64,000 nt of DNA. It comes from Candidatus Paceibacter sp. Lineage in GTDB: Bacteria > Patescibacteriota > Minisyncoccia > UBA9983. The stretch lies in NCBI GenBank assembly GCA_013360865.1, contig JABWAS010000004.1:412-64411 (forward strand), read 5' to 3'. Position 1 is the first letter of the stretch, and each line of letters begins with the position of its first letter. Of this stretch, positions 46,473 through 59,371 are shown in pieces. Under the pieces are notes generated by a model. It saw only the letters and a list, made by a program, of their open reading frames with translations, ran no database searches and was not told the origin of the DNA. Both the position numbers and the translations under genes were made by a program.

Positions 46473-47186
46473 CTACTCAATAATTAAACCACCCATTTTA
46501 TTTAATGAGTCAACAGACCACTCTTTTATAAATCTTTCGTAGTCCGACTCGTCTTTAAATTGATTTTTGATAATTTCAATTCCTGATATTATCTCATCGA
46601 CGTCCGACGTCGATGAAGGGGTAAGGTAGTGTCTTAAACTTGACCATTTGTAGCTTAGGATTTTTTTCTTTTCCAATTCCCAGTTTTTTAATTTATTTTC
46701 TCTCCAATCCTTACTACTCAGAAAATCCAAAGGGTTTAAGTGTATGTAAACTGACAAATGCAAAAGATATTCATTTGAATCAATATGCTTTGCTTTGAAA
46801 CTGCCTTCAAACAAAGAACCCCTCCTTTCATTTTTTGTGTTTATATACTTTGCTATTGATGTATTGCATCTTCTTATAAAATCACTTACTCCGTTTTCTT
46901 TAATTTCTTTTATTAAAAGATGATAATGATTGGGCATTATTGCGTAGCATAATATTTCTGAAAGTCTTTCCCCTGATTTTGATATTTCAATCGCTTTTTC
47001 AAGCGTGGCTGTTCGGTAATTTCTAAGATAATCGAAAGCCTGACTGGATTTTGTTGAGTTGGCTAATAAAAATGTTTGGGCTAATTTGTTTGCATTGTCT
47101 TTGTCGCTAAATTCCGGCATGCCCAAAATAACCCTGCTATATACATGATAGTATTCTCCAATAGTAAGCTTTTCTTCTCTAATCAT
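46473..47186 (-). CDS. REP-associated tyrosine transposase (RAYT, Y1_Tnp)
   Basis: YYHVYSR, YAIMPNHYHLL, GSLFEGSF, YIHLNP, YKWSS. Confidence 0.9.
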   Translation of the reverse strand: MIREEKLTIGEYYHVYSRVILGMPEFSDKDNANKLAQTFLLANSTKSSQAFDYLRNYRTATLEKAIEISKSGERLSEILCYAIMPNHYHLLIKEIKENGVSDFIRRCNTSIAKYINTKNERRGSLFEGSFKAKHIDSNEYLLHLSVYIHLNPLDFLSSKDWRENKLKNWELEKKKILSYKWSSLRHYLTPSSTSDVDEIISGIEIIKNQFKDESDYERFIKEWSVDSLNKMGGLIIE

Positions 47187-47207
47187 AGGTATAACTATAC
47201 CATTATA

Positions 47208-47236
47208 CCCTCATCGACGTCGGACGTCGATGAGGG
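47208..47236. repeat. REP palindrome upstream of the RAYT
   Basis: CCCTCATCGACGT-CGG-ACGTCGATGAGGG; also at 46594-46616 and 57593-57619. Confidence 0.92.
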
Positions 47237-47239
47237 GTT

Positions 47240-48139
47240 TTGAATATAGATGCTAACATATTAATAATGCCTGTATCTTTGAATTTATATCTTTATTTCC
47301 TTATTTTCCTCTTCGGCGCCGTTGTCGGCAGTTTTTTGAATGTTGTTATTTTGCGTTACAACACCGGGCAGTCTTTTTTTTCCGGCCGGTCAAAGTGTTT
47401 TTCCTGCGGCAAAAAATTGCGCTGGTATGAGCTTGTTCCGGTTTCCAGCTTTATTTGGCAAAAAGGAAGATGTTCAGACTGCGGGAGCAAAATATCGTTT
47501 CAGTATCCGCTGGTGGAGATTTTGACAGGGCTGATCTTTGTTTTAATTACGAATTACGAATTAAGAATCATGAATCAAGGTGATTTGTTATTAACTCCTA
47601 ATTCTTTATTCCCAATTTTTAATTCCATTTATCTCTTTGCGATTTTTTCTTTGCTGATTATTATCGCCGTTTACGATTATCGCCACCAGATAATACCGGA
47701 TTTGTTCGTCTGGATTTTCAACGGCTTGGCGTTTTTGAGTTTGTTTAGTATTTGGAATTTAGAAAATTGGAATTTGTTTCGGATTTCTGATTTCGGATTT
47801 CGGATTTTTGACTGGAGAGGCTTCTTAGCCGGTTTTATATTATTCGCCTTTTTTGCCTTGCTCTGGGGTGTGTCCAAAGGTAAATGGACGGGTTTCGGCG
47901 ACGCCAAGCTGGCCCTCGGCCTTGGCTGGTTTTTGGGCGTGGAAAAAGGCATAACCGCCATCCTGCTTTCCTATTGGATCGGCGCGGCTGTGAGTATCTT
48001 CCTTTTGTGGCTTGCCAAAAGGAAGTATAATATGAAGAGCGCCATAGCGTTCGGGCCGTTTATGATACTGGGCGCCGCAATAGTGTTTTTCCTGGGAGAC
48101 AAAATAACAAACTTTTTCTTTAGCAATATAATTTTTTGA
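47240..48139 (+). CDS. pilD: Prepilin peptidase PilD (start may be ATG 47267)
   Basis: GSFLNVVILR, RSKCFSC, GRCSDC, YPLVE, GFGDAKL, IAFGPF. Confidence 0.95.
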   Translation: MNIDANILIMPVSLNLYLYFLIFLFGAVVGSFLNVVILRYNTGQSFFSGRSKCFSCGKKLRWYELVPVSSFIWQKGRCSDCGSKISFQYPLVEILTGLIFVLITNYELRIMNQGDLLLTPNSLFPIFNSIYLFAIFSLLIIIAVYDYRHQIIPDLFVWIFNGLAFLSLFSIWNLENWNLFRISDFGFRIFDWRGFLAGFILFAFFALLWGVSKGKWTGFGDAKLALGLGWFLGVEKGITAILLSYWIGAAVSIFLLWLAKRKYNMKSAIAFGPFMILGAAIVFFLGDKITNFFFSNIIF

Positions 48140-48537
48140 TGAAAATGAAAAAGTCGCAAAAAGAAAAAACGAAAAAAGTGATTCAATTTTCCGTAGTGGC
48201 CATTTTTGTTTTAAGCGGGCTTGTTTATTTTTTCCCCAGAAGCGCCGATACGGCCAAAAAAATCGTTCTGACTCTTGATTTCGGCGACAGCCAAAAATCT
48301 TACCAGACATTTTTAAAGGAGGAAAATCGGGCGTGGAGCCTGCTCCAGCAAGTGGCGGCAATTTCCGGGACGAATTTAGAAGCCGGAGAAAATTTTTCCG
48401 TCAAAAGAATTGACGGCAAGCAAAACGGCGATGGTAATAAAAATTGGTCTTTCTACGTTAACGGGAAAAAAGAAAAAAGGTCTCCCTATGAAGTGATGGT
48501 AAAGGCTCCGGCCAAAGTAACTTTTAAGTTTGAATAA
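48136..48537 (+). CDS. DUF4430-like membrane-anchored protein
   Basis: VKRIDGKQNG..KNWSFYVNG. Confidence 0.75.
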   Translation: MMKMKKSQKEKTKKVIQFSVVAIFVLSGLVYFFPRSADTAKKIVLTLDFGDSQKSYQTFLKEENRAWSLLQQVAAISGTNLEAGENFSVKRIDGKQNGDGNKNWSFYVNGKKEKRSPYEVMVKAPAKVTFKFE

Positions 48538-48607
48538 AGCAAAGCGTTACCAGACTTATCCACTTAAAATATTGGATTAAATAGTCTGCGGGTGTAAAAT
48601 TCAGTCA

Positions 48608-49231
48608 ATGATTTCTGTCAAAAAGGTTAAGAATCAGCAGGGGTTTAACCTTATGGAGCTTTTGGTGATAGTTTCCATAATCGCCATGGTTAACATGGTT
48701 ATTTTTGCTGGTTACCCCAAGTTTAACCGCCGGATAGCTCTCAAAAAAACGACGGCCGAGATAGCTTTGGCGGTAAGGCAGGCGCAGTCAAACTCCTTAG
48801 CTGTCAAAAAATTCGATAAAAGCGTTTCAAATCCATTTCCGGACTATGGAATACATTTTGAAAAAGATAAAAATAATTTTACTATTTTTGCCGACACCAA
48901 CAACAGCAGAACTTATGGAGGAGCATCCGCCGATTGCTCCGACACCGAATGTGTTGAATTTTTTAGCATAAATAATTCTACCCAGGTTGGTACAGTGGAA
49001 CTGTGTCAAAAATCTTCAAGTTGCGCTTCTTATCAAAAAGTTGATATTGTCTACCCAAGAGGCAGAACAGCGGTAATCGCTTACGTCCGCGGCGTAGACG
49101 ATTCCGGCGGGGTTTACGAATGCTCCTCCTGCTCATACGCCCGGATAAGAGTTGATTCGCTGGGCAACCTTGTGCCTCCGAAATATCTTTATGTCTGGTT
49201 TAACGGGCAGATAAGCATCAAGGATAATTAA
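48608..49231 (+). CDS. Minor pilin (FimT/GspH-like)
   Basis: QG|FNLMELL, RQAQ, YGIHF, IFAD.N. Confidence 0.85.
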   Translation: MISVKKVKNQQGFNLMELLVIVSIIAMVNMVIFAGYPKFNRRIALKKTTAEIALAVRQAQSNSLAVKKFDKSVSNPFPDYGIHFEKDKNNFTIFADTNNSRTYGGASADCSDTECVEFFSINNSTQVGTVELCQKSSSCASYQKVDIVYPRGRTAVIAYVRGVDDSGGVYECSSCSYARIRVDSLGNLVPPKYLYVWFNGQISIKDN

Positions 49232-49237
49232 GCTCAA

Positions 49238-50551
49238 ATGTTAAAGTTCAAATGTCAAAACCAGAAAGGTAAAATAATTCTGTCAAAAATGACAAGAGGT
49301 TTCACTCTCATAGAAACTATTGTTGCTATAGCGCTTCTTTCCGCCGCGGTGGCCGGACCGCTGACCATGGCGATAAAAAGCATCAGCAACGCTTCCGTGT
49401 CGCAAGACCAACTGACGGCCTTTTATCTGGCGCAGGAGGCTATAGAATACGTGAGAAAGGTGCGGGACGATAACGTATTGAGCGGAAATTCCGGAAGCGA
49501 TTGGCTGGATGGGTTGGATGAGTGCGTTTTAGTTGACATGCCGCTTTGTAATTCCGGAATCACTACTTTTGATTATACTGGAACGGCTCAAGAGTGTAAA
49601 ATTCCTCCTGGCGTGACAAGTGTTGAAATTACGGCTTACGGAGCAGCCCCCGGGGGATTAGGGGGTATGGCTAAGGGGACAATTTCCGTTACCTCAAACG
49701 ATATTTTACATGTATACGTAGGCGGTTCCAGTGGTTACAATGGTGGAGGTAATGGAGGGAGTGGTGTACCAACCCCCGCTCATGGAGGTAATGGTGGTGG
49801 TGCTTCTGACGTCAGACTTAATGGAACCAACTTTTCTGATAGAGTACTTGTTGCTGGCGGTGGAGGAGGAGGGGGGGCTTATGGTTCTAAACCAGGTCGT
49901 GGAGGGTCTGGTGGCGGAGGTGATGGAGACAATGCTGGTTGCGTGGGTTTTGGAGGAATGGGTGGAACGTTGTTATCGGGTGGAGTAGGAGGTAAAGGTA
50001 GTCAAAATGGTACACCTGGTGTACCAGGCAACGGCGGCAACGGCGGCAACGGCGGTAATGGGTGGTATGATGGTGGTGGTGGTGGTGGTGGTGGTGGTGG
50101 GTATTACGGCGGCGGTGGTGGCGGGTCAGGGACTTACGACGGCTCTTGTTGGCCATATTCTGGTGGCGGCGGTGGTGGCGGTGGAAGTAGCTATGTTCCG
50201 TCTGGAGGCACAACTCAAAGCGGCGTGGAAACGGGAAATGGCCAAGTAATTATCGATGCGGGAGGCAGCGGCGGCGGCGGCGGGAAAAAAACAAACAAGG
50301 TTGGTTGTTACATAGACGCGCGCGATGGTAAGGTAGACCAATGTCCGGAAACCGGTTGCCCCGTTTTGAACAAAGTCGGCGACGGTTATGGTTATTCCGG
50401 CTCCAACGGCACAATTTATACCAGAACCGTCAAAATTGACGGCACCTTAAACGGCGGCAACGAGGCCAGAGTTAACGTGGAAGTAAAATGGAACGGCCGG
50501 TTCGGGCAAAAATCAATGCTTTTGCAGGATAATATTTTTAATTGGAGGTGA
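49238..50551 (+). CDS. Minor pilin (PilV-like) with inserted glycine-rich domain
   Basis: RG|FTLIET, AFYLAQEAIEYVR..RD; FDYTG...ITAYGA...GGGASDVR...VAGGGGG. Confidence 0.88.
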   Translation: MLKFKCQNQKGKIILSKMTRGFTLIETIVAIALLSAAVAGPLTMAIKSISNASVSQDQLTAFYLAQEAIEYVRKVRDDNVLSGNSGSDWLDGLDECVLVDMPLCNSGITTFDYTGTAQECKIPPGVTSVEITAYGAAPGGLGGMAKGTISVTSNDILHVYVGGSSGYNGGGNGGSGVPTPAHGGNGGGASDVRLNGTNFSDRVLVAGGGGGGGAYGSKPGRGGSGGGGDGDNAGCVGFGGMGGTLLSGGVGGKGSQNGTPGVPGNGGNGGNGGNGWYDGGGGGGGGGGYYGGGGGGSGTYDGSCWPYSGGGGGGGGSSYVPSGGTTQSGVETGNGQVIIDAGGSGGGGGKKTNKVGCYIDARDGKVDQCPETGCPVLNKVGDGYGYSGSNGTIYTRTVKIDGTLNGGNEARVNVEVKWNGRFGQKSMLLQDNIFNWR

Positions 50552-51114
50552 TTATGAATCAAGAATTACGAATCAAGAATAGTGAATTAAAAACAAACGG
50601 AAAATCTTATTTGACAGGGGGTTTTACTCTCATAGAAATAATCGTGGCCGTGGGGGTGTTTGCCATCGTGATGACGGTTTCTCTGGCGGCGTTTTTGAAT
50701 TTGATTGACATGCAATGGAAGACGGAATCTTTTCGCAAAGTCAACGGCAATCTTAACTACGCCATGGAGGCGATAACCAGGGACATCAGGGCCGGAAACG
50801 GCTACTCTTCCTGCGGAGCGGGTTGCTTTTCTTTCACTGATTCCACAGGGGCGGTCGTTATTTATAAGCTGGAAACCGGAAGCGCCGGGGGTTACATATC
50901 AAGAACGGTCAATTCCAGTCAGTCAATGATGACAGCCGATGACGTCAACATCACCGGACTTTCTTTTGACGTTTCCGGAACCGGCGCCAACGACAGCGAA
51001 CAGCCGCTGGTCGTCATTCGCATAAACGGCGAGTCCGGATTAAAAGAAAAACTGAAATCAAAGCTGAACATCCAGGCGACGGTGGCGCAGAGGAAGCTGG
51101 ATTCGGGAAGTTAA
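50542..51114 (+). CDS. Minor pilin (PilW-like)
   Basis: SYLTGG|FTLIEIIVA, AMEAITRDIRAG, EQPLV. Confidence 0.88.
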   Translation: MEVIMNQELRIKNSELKTNGKSYLTGGFTLIEIIVAVGVFAIVMTVSLAAFLNLIDMQWKTESFRKVNGNLNYAMEAITRDIRAGNGYSSCGAGCFSFTDSTGAVVIYKLETGSAGGYISRTVNSSQSMMTADDVNITGLSFDVSGTGANDSEQPLVVIRINGESGLKEKLKSKLNIQATVAQRKLDSGS

Positions 51115-51145
51115 CCCTGTCAAATAATTTTAAATTTCTGGAGAT

Positions 51146-55806
<4,661 letters not shown>

Positions 55807-55846
55807 ACGTCATTTTAATTTTAACATTTTGTGCTACAATTGAAAC

Positions 55847-56332
55847 ATGACTCTTAAAGAAAAAATAAAAGCCGATTTTAAAGAGGCTTTTAAGGCCAAA
55901 GAAGAAGTGAAATTATCGGTTTTGAAGATGGTCAACGCCGCCATCGGCAACGCTGAGATAGAAAAAAGGGCGAAGATAATAAAATCCGGCGGGGAAGCGA
56001 CGGAGGCGGCGGTTTCCTTAAACGACGAGGAAGTTCTGCGGGTTGTTTCCAGGGAAATAAAAAAAAGGAAAGATTCCATAGAAATTTACGAAAAAGCCGG
56101 CCGAGCGGAGCTGGCTGAAAGGGAAAAGGCGGAAGCCTCTGTTCTTTCTGCTTATATGCCGGAACAACTCGGCGAAAGTGAAGTAAGGGAGTTGGCTAAA
56201 AAATCTGTTGAACAATCCGGCGCCAAGGGAGAAAAAGAAATCGGCAAAGTTATGGCGATACTGATGCCGCAAGTCAAAGGCAAGGCCGACGGAGCGACGG
56301 TGACCAGGATAGTAAAGGAACTACTTTCTTAA
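55847..56332 (+). CDS. yqeY: GatB/YqeY domain protein
   Basis: KKRKDSIE.Y...GR.ELAE.E, YMPEQL, GKVM, GKADG. Confidence 0.92.
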   Translation: MTLKEKIKADFKEAFKAKEEVKLSVLKMVNAAIGNAEIEKRAKIIKSGGEATEAAVSLNDEEVLRVVSREIKKRKDSIEIYEKAGRAELAEREKAEASVLSAYMPEQLGESEVRELAKKSVEQSGAKGEKEIGKVMAILMPQVKGKADGATVTRIVKELLS

Positions 56333-56352
56333 GTTCTTAATGATTCAAGTTT

Positions 56353-56449
56353 AGACATCGGATGTCCAATGGACATCCGATGTCTTTTGCGGCTGGGCAA
56401 GTCCACTTGGAAGTAACTTGGAAGTTTCGCTTCCAAGTTACTTCCAAGT
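56353..56449. repeat. Two adjacent REP-like palindromes (33 bp and 45 bp)
   Basis: AGACATCGGATGTCCA-A-TGGACATCCGATGTCT (56353-56385); ACTTGGAAGTAACTTGGAAG-TTTCG-CTTCCAAGTTACTTCCAAGT (56405-56449). Confidence 0.9.
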
Positions 56450-56522
56450 TAAATTTGAATACCTAATTAATTACTAAAGATAAGTTGATTTCAGATGGCG
56501 AATAAGGCAGAATTAAACCATT

Positions 56523-56807
56523 ATGGTTGATGTGGAAAAACTGGCTCTGTTGGCCAGAATCCAACTTGACTCTTCGGAGAAAAGCGAACTTCAAAAAGAT
56601 TTTGAGGCGATTTTGGGTTATATTTCCGAGCTGCGAAAAGCAACGACCTCCGGAGAAGAAGCTCTTGCCGCCAAAGCGGCTGGCTTGAAAAATATTTTAA
56701 GAGAAGATGTTGAAGCGGCAAAAAAAGATTTTTCCGCCGAAGAACTTGTTGACGCGGCCCCGCGAAAAGAAGGCGGGTATATTAAAGTTAAGCATGTGTT
56801 TGAATAA
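56523..56807 (+). CDS. gatC: Asp/Glu-tRNA amidotransferase subunit C
   Basis: VEKLALLARI, ILGYISEL, NILRED, YIKVK. Confidence 0.92.
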   Translation: MVDVEKLALLARIQLDSSEKSELQKDFEAILGYISELRKATTSGEEALAAKAAGLKNILREDVEAAKKDFSAEELVDAAPRKEGGYIKVKHVFE

Positions 56808-56874
56808 AAATTCAAAATTCAAAAAGCAAAAGTCAAAACTGCAAGTCAAAAATCAAAATTGAAAAAATCTCTCT

Positions 56875-58302
56875 ATGTTCAGCAATCTTACAATTTCAAA
56901 AGTTCGCAGTATGTTGTTAAAGGGAGATTTTTCCTGCAAAGAACTTGTTTCTTATTACATTAAAAACATCAAAGAAAAAAACCCGGGCATCAACGCTTAT
57001 CTGGAAGTTTTTGACGACGCCATGGAGGAAGCGGAAAAAATTGACGAAGAAATAAAATCCGGCCGGGCGAAAAACAAGCCGTTGGCGGGAGTGCCCATAG
57101 CTGTCAAAGACAATATTCTGATAAGGGGTAAAAAATGCACGGCCGGTTCCAAAATGCTGGAAAATTATCGGGCGGCTTACGACGCCACGGCTATAAAAAA
57201 AATCCGCGAGGCCGGCGCGATATTTATAGGAAGGACCAATATGGACGAGTTTGCCATGGGCGCCTCAACGGAAAATTCCGCTTACGGCGTTACTAAAAAT
57301 CCTCATGATTTGTCTCGGGTTGCCGGCGGTTCTTCCGGCGGTTCGGCGGCGGCCGTGGCCATGGATGGCTGTTTGGCGGCGCTTGGCTCGGACACCGGCG
57401 GTTCCATCCGCCAGCCGGCCGGATTTTGCGGCATTGTCGGGCTTAACCCCACTTACGGCGCGGTTTCCCGCTCCGGTCTTATCGCCATGGCTTCTTCTTT
57501 TGACCAGATCGGGCCGATGGCGAAGACGGCTGAAGACGCGGAAATTATTTTCAATATTATAAAAGGCCGGGACCAAATGGACTCAACTTCTGCCTCATCG
57601 ACGTCGGACGTCGATGAGGACGTCGATGAGGAGAGATGGCCGGAGAAACCGAGGATAGGGGTGTTAAAATATGACAAAAAGAACGCGGACGAGGAAGTAA
57701 ACGCCGCTTTGGAAAAGACGGCGGCGGCGCTGGAAAAGTCCGGTTGCCGGGTTGAAGAAATTGAATTGCCTAACATCGGCTATTCCGTGCCGTGTTATTA
57801 CGTTTTGGTGCCGGCCGAAGTTTCTTCCAATCTGGCGCGCTTTGACGGGGTTAAGTATGGGCTGCTTAAAGAAGGAGAAAATCTAATTGGCGATTACATG
57901 GAGACGAGGGCGGCCGGATTCGGTCGGGAAGTGAAGAGAAGAATAATGCTCGGGACTTACGTTTTGTCCGCCGGATATTACGACGCTTACTACGCCAAAG
58001 CCCAGAAAACAAGAGAACTGATAAAAAAAGATTTTAAAGGCGCTTTCCGAAAAGTTGATCTTATCTTGTCGCCGACTTCGCCGTCCCCCGCCTTTAAGAT
58101 AGGGGAAAAAGCGAGCGATCCTTTGAAGATGTACCTGGAGGATATTTTTACCGCTCCGGCCAAAATCGCCGGATTGCCGGCCATAGCTGTTCCCGCGGGC
58201 GTTATTTCGGCCGGTTTGCCGATAGGTTTGCAGTACACGGCGCCTTGGTTTAAGGAAAACCGGCTTTTTAAAATAGCGAAAAAACATGAGGGATATTTTT
58301 GA
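56875..58302 (+). CDS. gatA: Asp/Glu-tRNA amidotransferase subunit A
   Basis: IAVKDNI, NMDEFAMG, GGSSGGS, GSDTGGSIRQPA, SSNLARFDG. Confidence 0.97.
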   Translation: MFSNLTISKVRSMLLKGDFSCKELVSYYIKNIKEKNPGINAYLEVFDDAMEEAEKIDEEIKSGRAKNKPLAGVPIAVKDNILIRGKKCTAGSKMLENYRAAYDATAIKKIREAGAIFIGRTNMDEFAMGASTENSAYGVTKNPHDLSRVAGGSSGGSAAAVAMDGCLAALGSDTGGSIRQPAGFCGIVGLNPTYGAVSRSGLIAMASSFDQIGPMAKTAEDAEIIFNIIKGRDQMDSTSASSTSDVDEDVDEERWPEKPRIGVLKYDKKNADEEVNAALEKTAAALEKSGCRVEEIELPNIGYSVPCYYVLVPAEVSSNLARFDGVKYGLLKEGENLIGDYMETRAAGFGREVKRRIMLGTYVLSAGYYDAYYAKAQKTRELIKKDFKGAFRKVDLILSPTSPSPAFKIGEKASDPLKMYLEDIFTAPAKIAGLPAIAVPAGVISAGLPIGLQYTAPWFKENRLFKIAKKHEGYF

Positions 58303-58891
58303 TTACTTTCCGTTTTTTAAATTAAGAGATCCGCGTTTTCTTAATCTGGAGTATCTTTACAACCAGATTTTAGAGCTGCTGAAAAAATTATGGGCGTTTT
58401 TGCTGTATCTGCTTAAGCTGTTGGCGCTTCTTTTTGTAAAATTCTTTTTTTTCGCTATCACAATAATAATTCTAGCGCTGATAGCGCTAGTTATTTACAA
58501 ACTTTACATACTTAAGAGGAGAAAGAAAATTGCCGGCTTGGCGCGCTTTGCCGAAGAAGACAAGTTCTTTAAAGACCGTTCCGAAAAATGGTCAAATATC
58601 AAGAAAAAAGCCGAGTCAGATGAAATTGAAGACCGGAAAGCGGCCATCGTGGAAGCGGACAATATTTTGGATGGAATTTTAAGAAGCATCGGCTACCGCG
58701 GCGACGGTTTGGCCGACAAACTCAAAAGTATTGAGCCGAGCGACTTCGTCAGTTTACAGGATGTCTGGGACGCCTATAAGGTCCGTTCCAAAATCGCGCG
58801 CGAAGGCGAGAAGTTTGAGCTGACCAAAGAAGAAGCCAAGGCCGCTCTGGGAAAATACGAGAAAGGATTGAAAGAGCTGGGATATGTGTAA
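58286..58891 (+). CDS. Conserved hypothetical membrane protein
   Basis: TM segment; AIVEADNILD..L...GY.G..LADKLK. Confidence 0.75.
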   Translation: MRDIFDYFPFFKLRDPRFLNLEYLYNQILELLKKLWAFLLYLLKLLALLFVKFFFFAITIIILALIALVIYKLYILKRRKKIAGLARFAEEDKFFKDRSEKWSNIKKKAESDEIEDRKAAIVEADNILDGILRSIGYRGDGLADKLKSIEPSDFVSLQDVWDAYKVRSKIAREGEKFELTKEEAKAALGKYEKGLKELGYV

Positions 58892-58898
58892 ACTTTTG

Positions 58899-58973
58899 CG
58901 GACCCGACCGGATTTGAACCGGCGATCTTCCCCGTGACAGGGGGACGTGTTGACCGGGCTACACCACGGGTCC
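58899..58973 (-). tRNA. tRNA-Asp(GTC)
   Basis: GGACCCG/CGGGTCC, CTGTCAC loop. Confidence 0.95.
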
Positions 58974-58997
58974 ATTAAATTTTTATCAGCCTTAGGC

Positions 58998-59074
58998 TGG
59001 TGCCGGCGGGAGGGATCGAACCTCCGACCTTGGGCTTATGAGTCCCACGCTCTAACCAACTGAGCTACGCCGGC
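58998..59074 (-). tRNA. tRNA with CAT anticodon (elongator Met or Ile2), CCA encoded
   Basis: GCCGGCG/CGCCGGC-ACCA, CTCATAA loop. Confidence 0.92.
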
Positions 59075-59080
59075 TCCTTG

Positions 59081-59151
59081 TTGCGGGGGCCGGAATTGCA
59101 CCGGCGCCTCAAGGTTATGAGCCTTGTGAGGTACTACTCCTCCACCCCGCG
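59081..59151 (-). tRNA. Initiator tRNA-fMet(CAT), non-canonical
   Basis: CGCGGGG.. with C1:A72 mismatch, CAAGG-CTCATAA-CCTTG. Confidence 0.85.
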
Positions 59152-59218
59152 ATCAAATAAATATTATATAATATTGCAAAATAAAGCAAATAAAACTAAT
59201 ATAATAAAGCAAAATAAT

Positions 59219-59291
59219 GCCGTTGTAGCTCAGATGGTAGAGCAACTCCATGGTAAGGAGTAGGTCGCCGGTTCAATTCCGGCCAACGGCT
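59219..59291 (+). tRNA. tRNA-Thr(GGT)
   Basis: GCCGTTG/CAACGGC, ACTCC-ATGGTAA-GGAGT. Confidence 0.93.
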
Positions 59292-59297
59292 TTGTTT

Positions 59298-59370
59298 GCC
59301 ACCCTAGCTCAATTGGTAGAGCAATGGTATCGTAAACCATAGGTTGCCGGTTCAAGTCCGGCGGGTGGCT
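59298..59370 (+). tRNA. tRNA-Thr(CGT)
   Basis: GCCACCC/GGGTGGC, ATGGT-ATCGTAA-ACCAT. Confidence 0.93.
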
Positions 59371-59371
59371 T

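Noticed and set aside
47519-47530. Another GIY-YIG element end (TTTGACAGGG) in pilD
   Set aside because: It encodes the ordinary PLVEILTG motif of PilD, matches only 10 bp and has no partner IR
44476-48564. Replication origin from DnaA boxes
   Set aside because: Boxes are single and dispersed, with no cluster and no dnaA/dnaN nearby
50071-50100. (GGT)n tract as an on/off phase-variation switch
   Set aside because: Triplet unit keeps the frame; it only changes poly-Gly length
56523-58302. Missing gatB as a novel amidotransferase arrangement
   Set aside because: gatB is often unlinked and may lie outside the window
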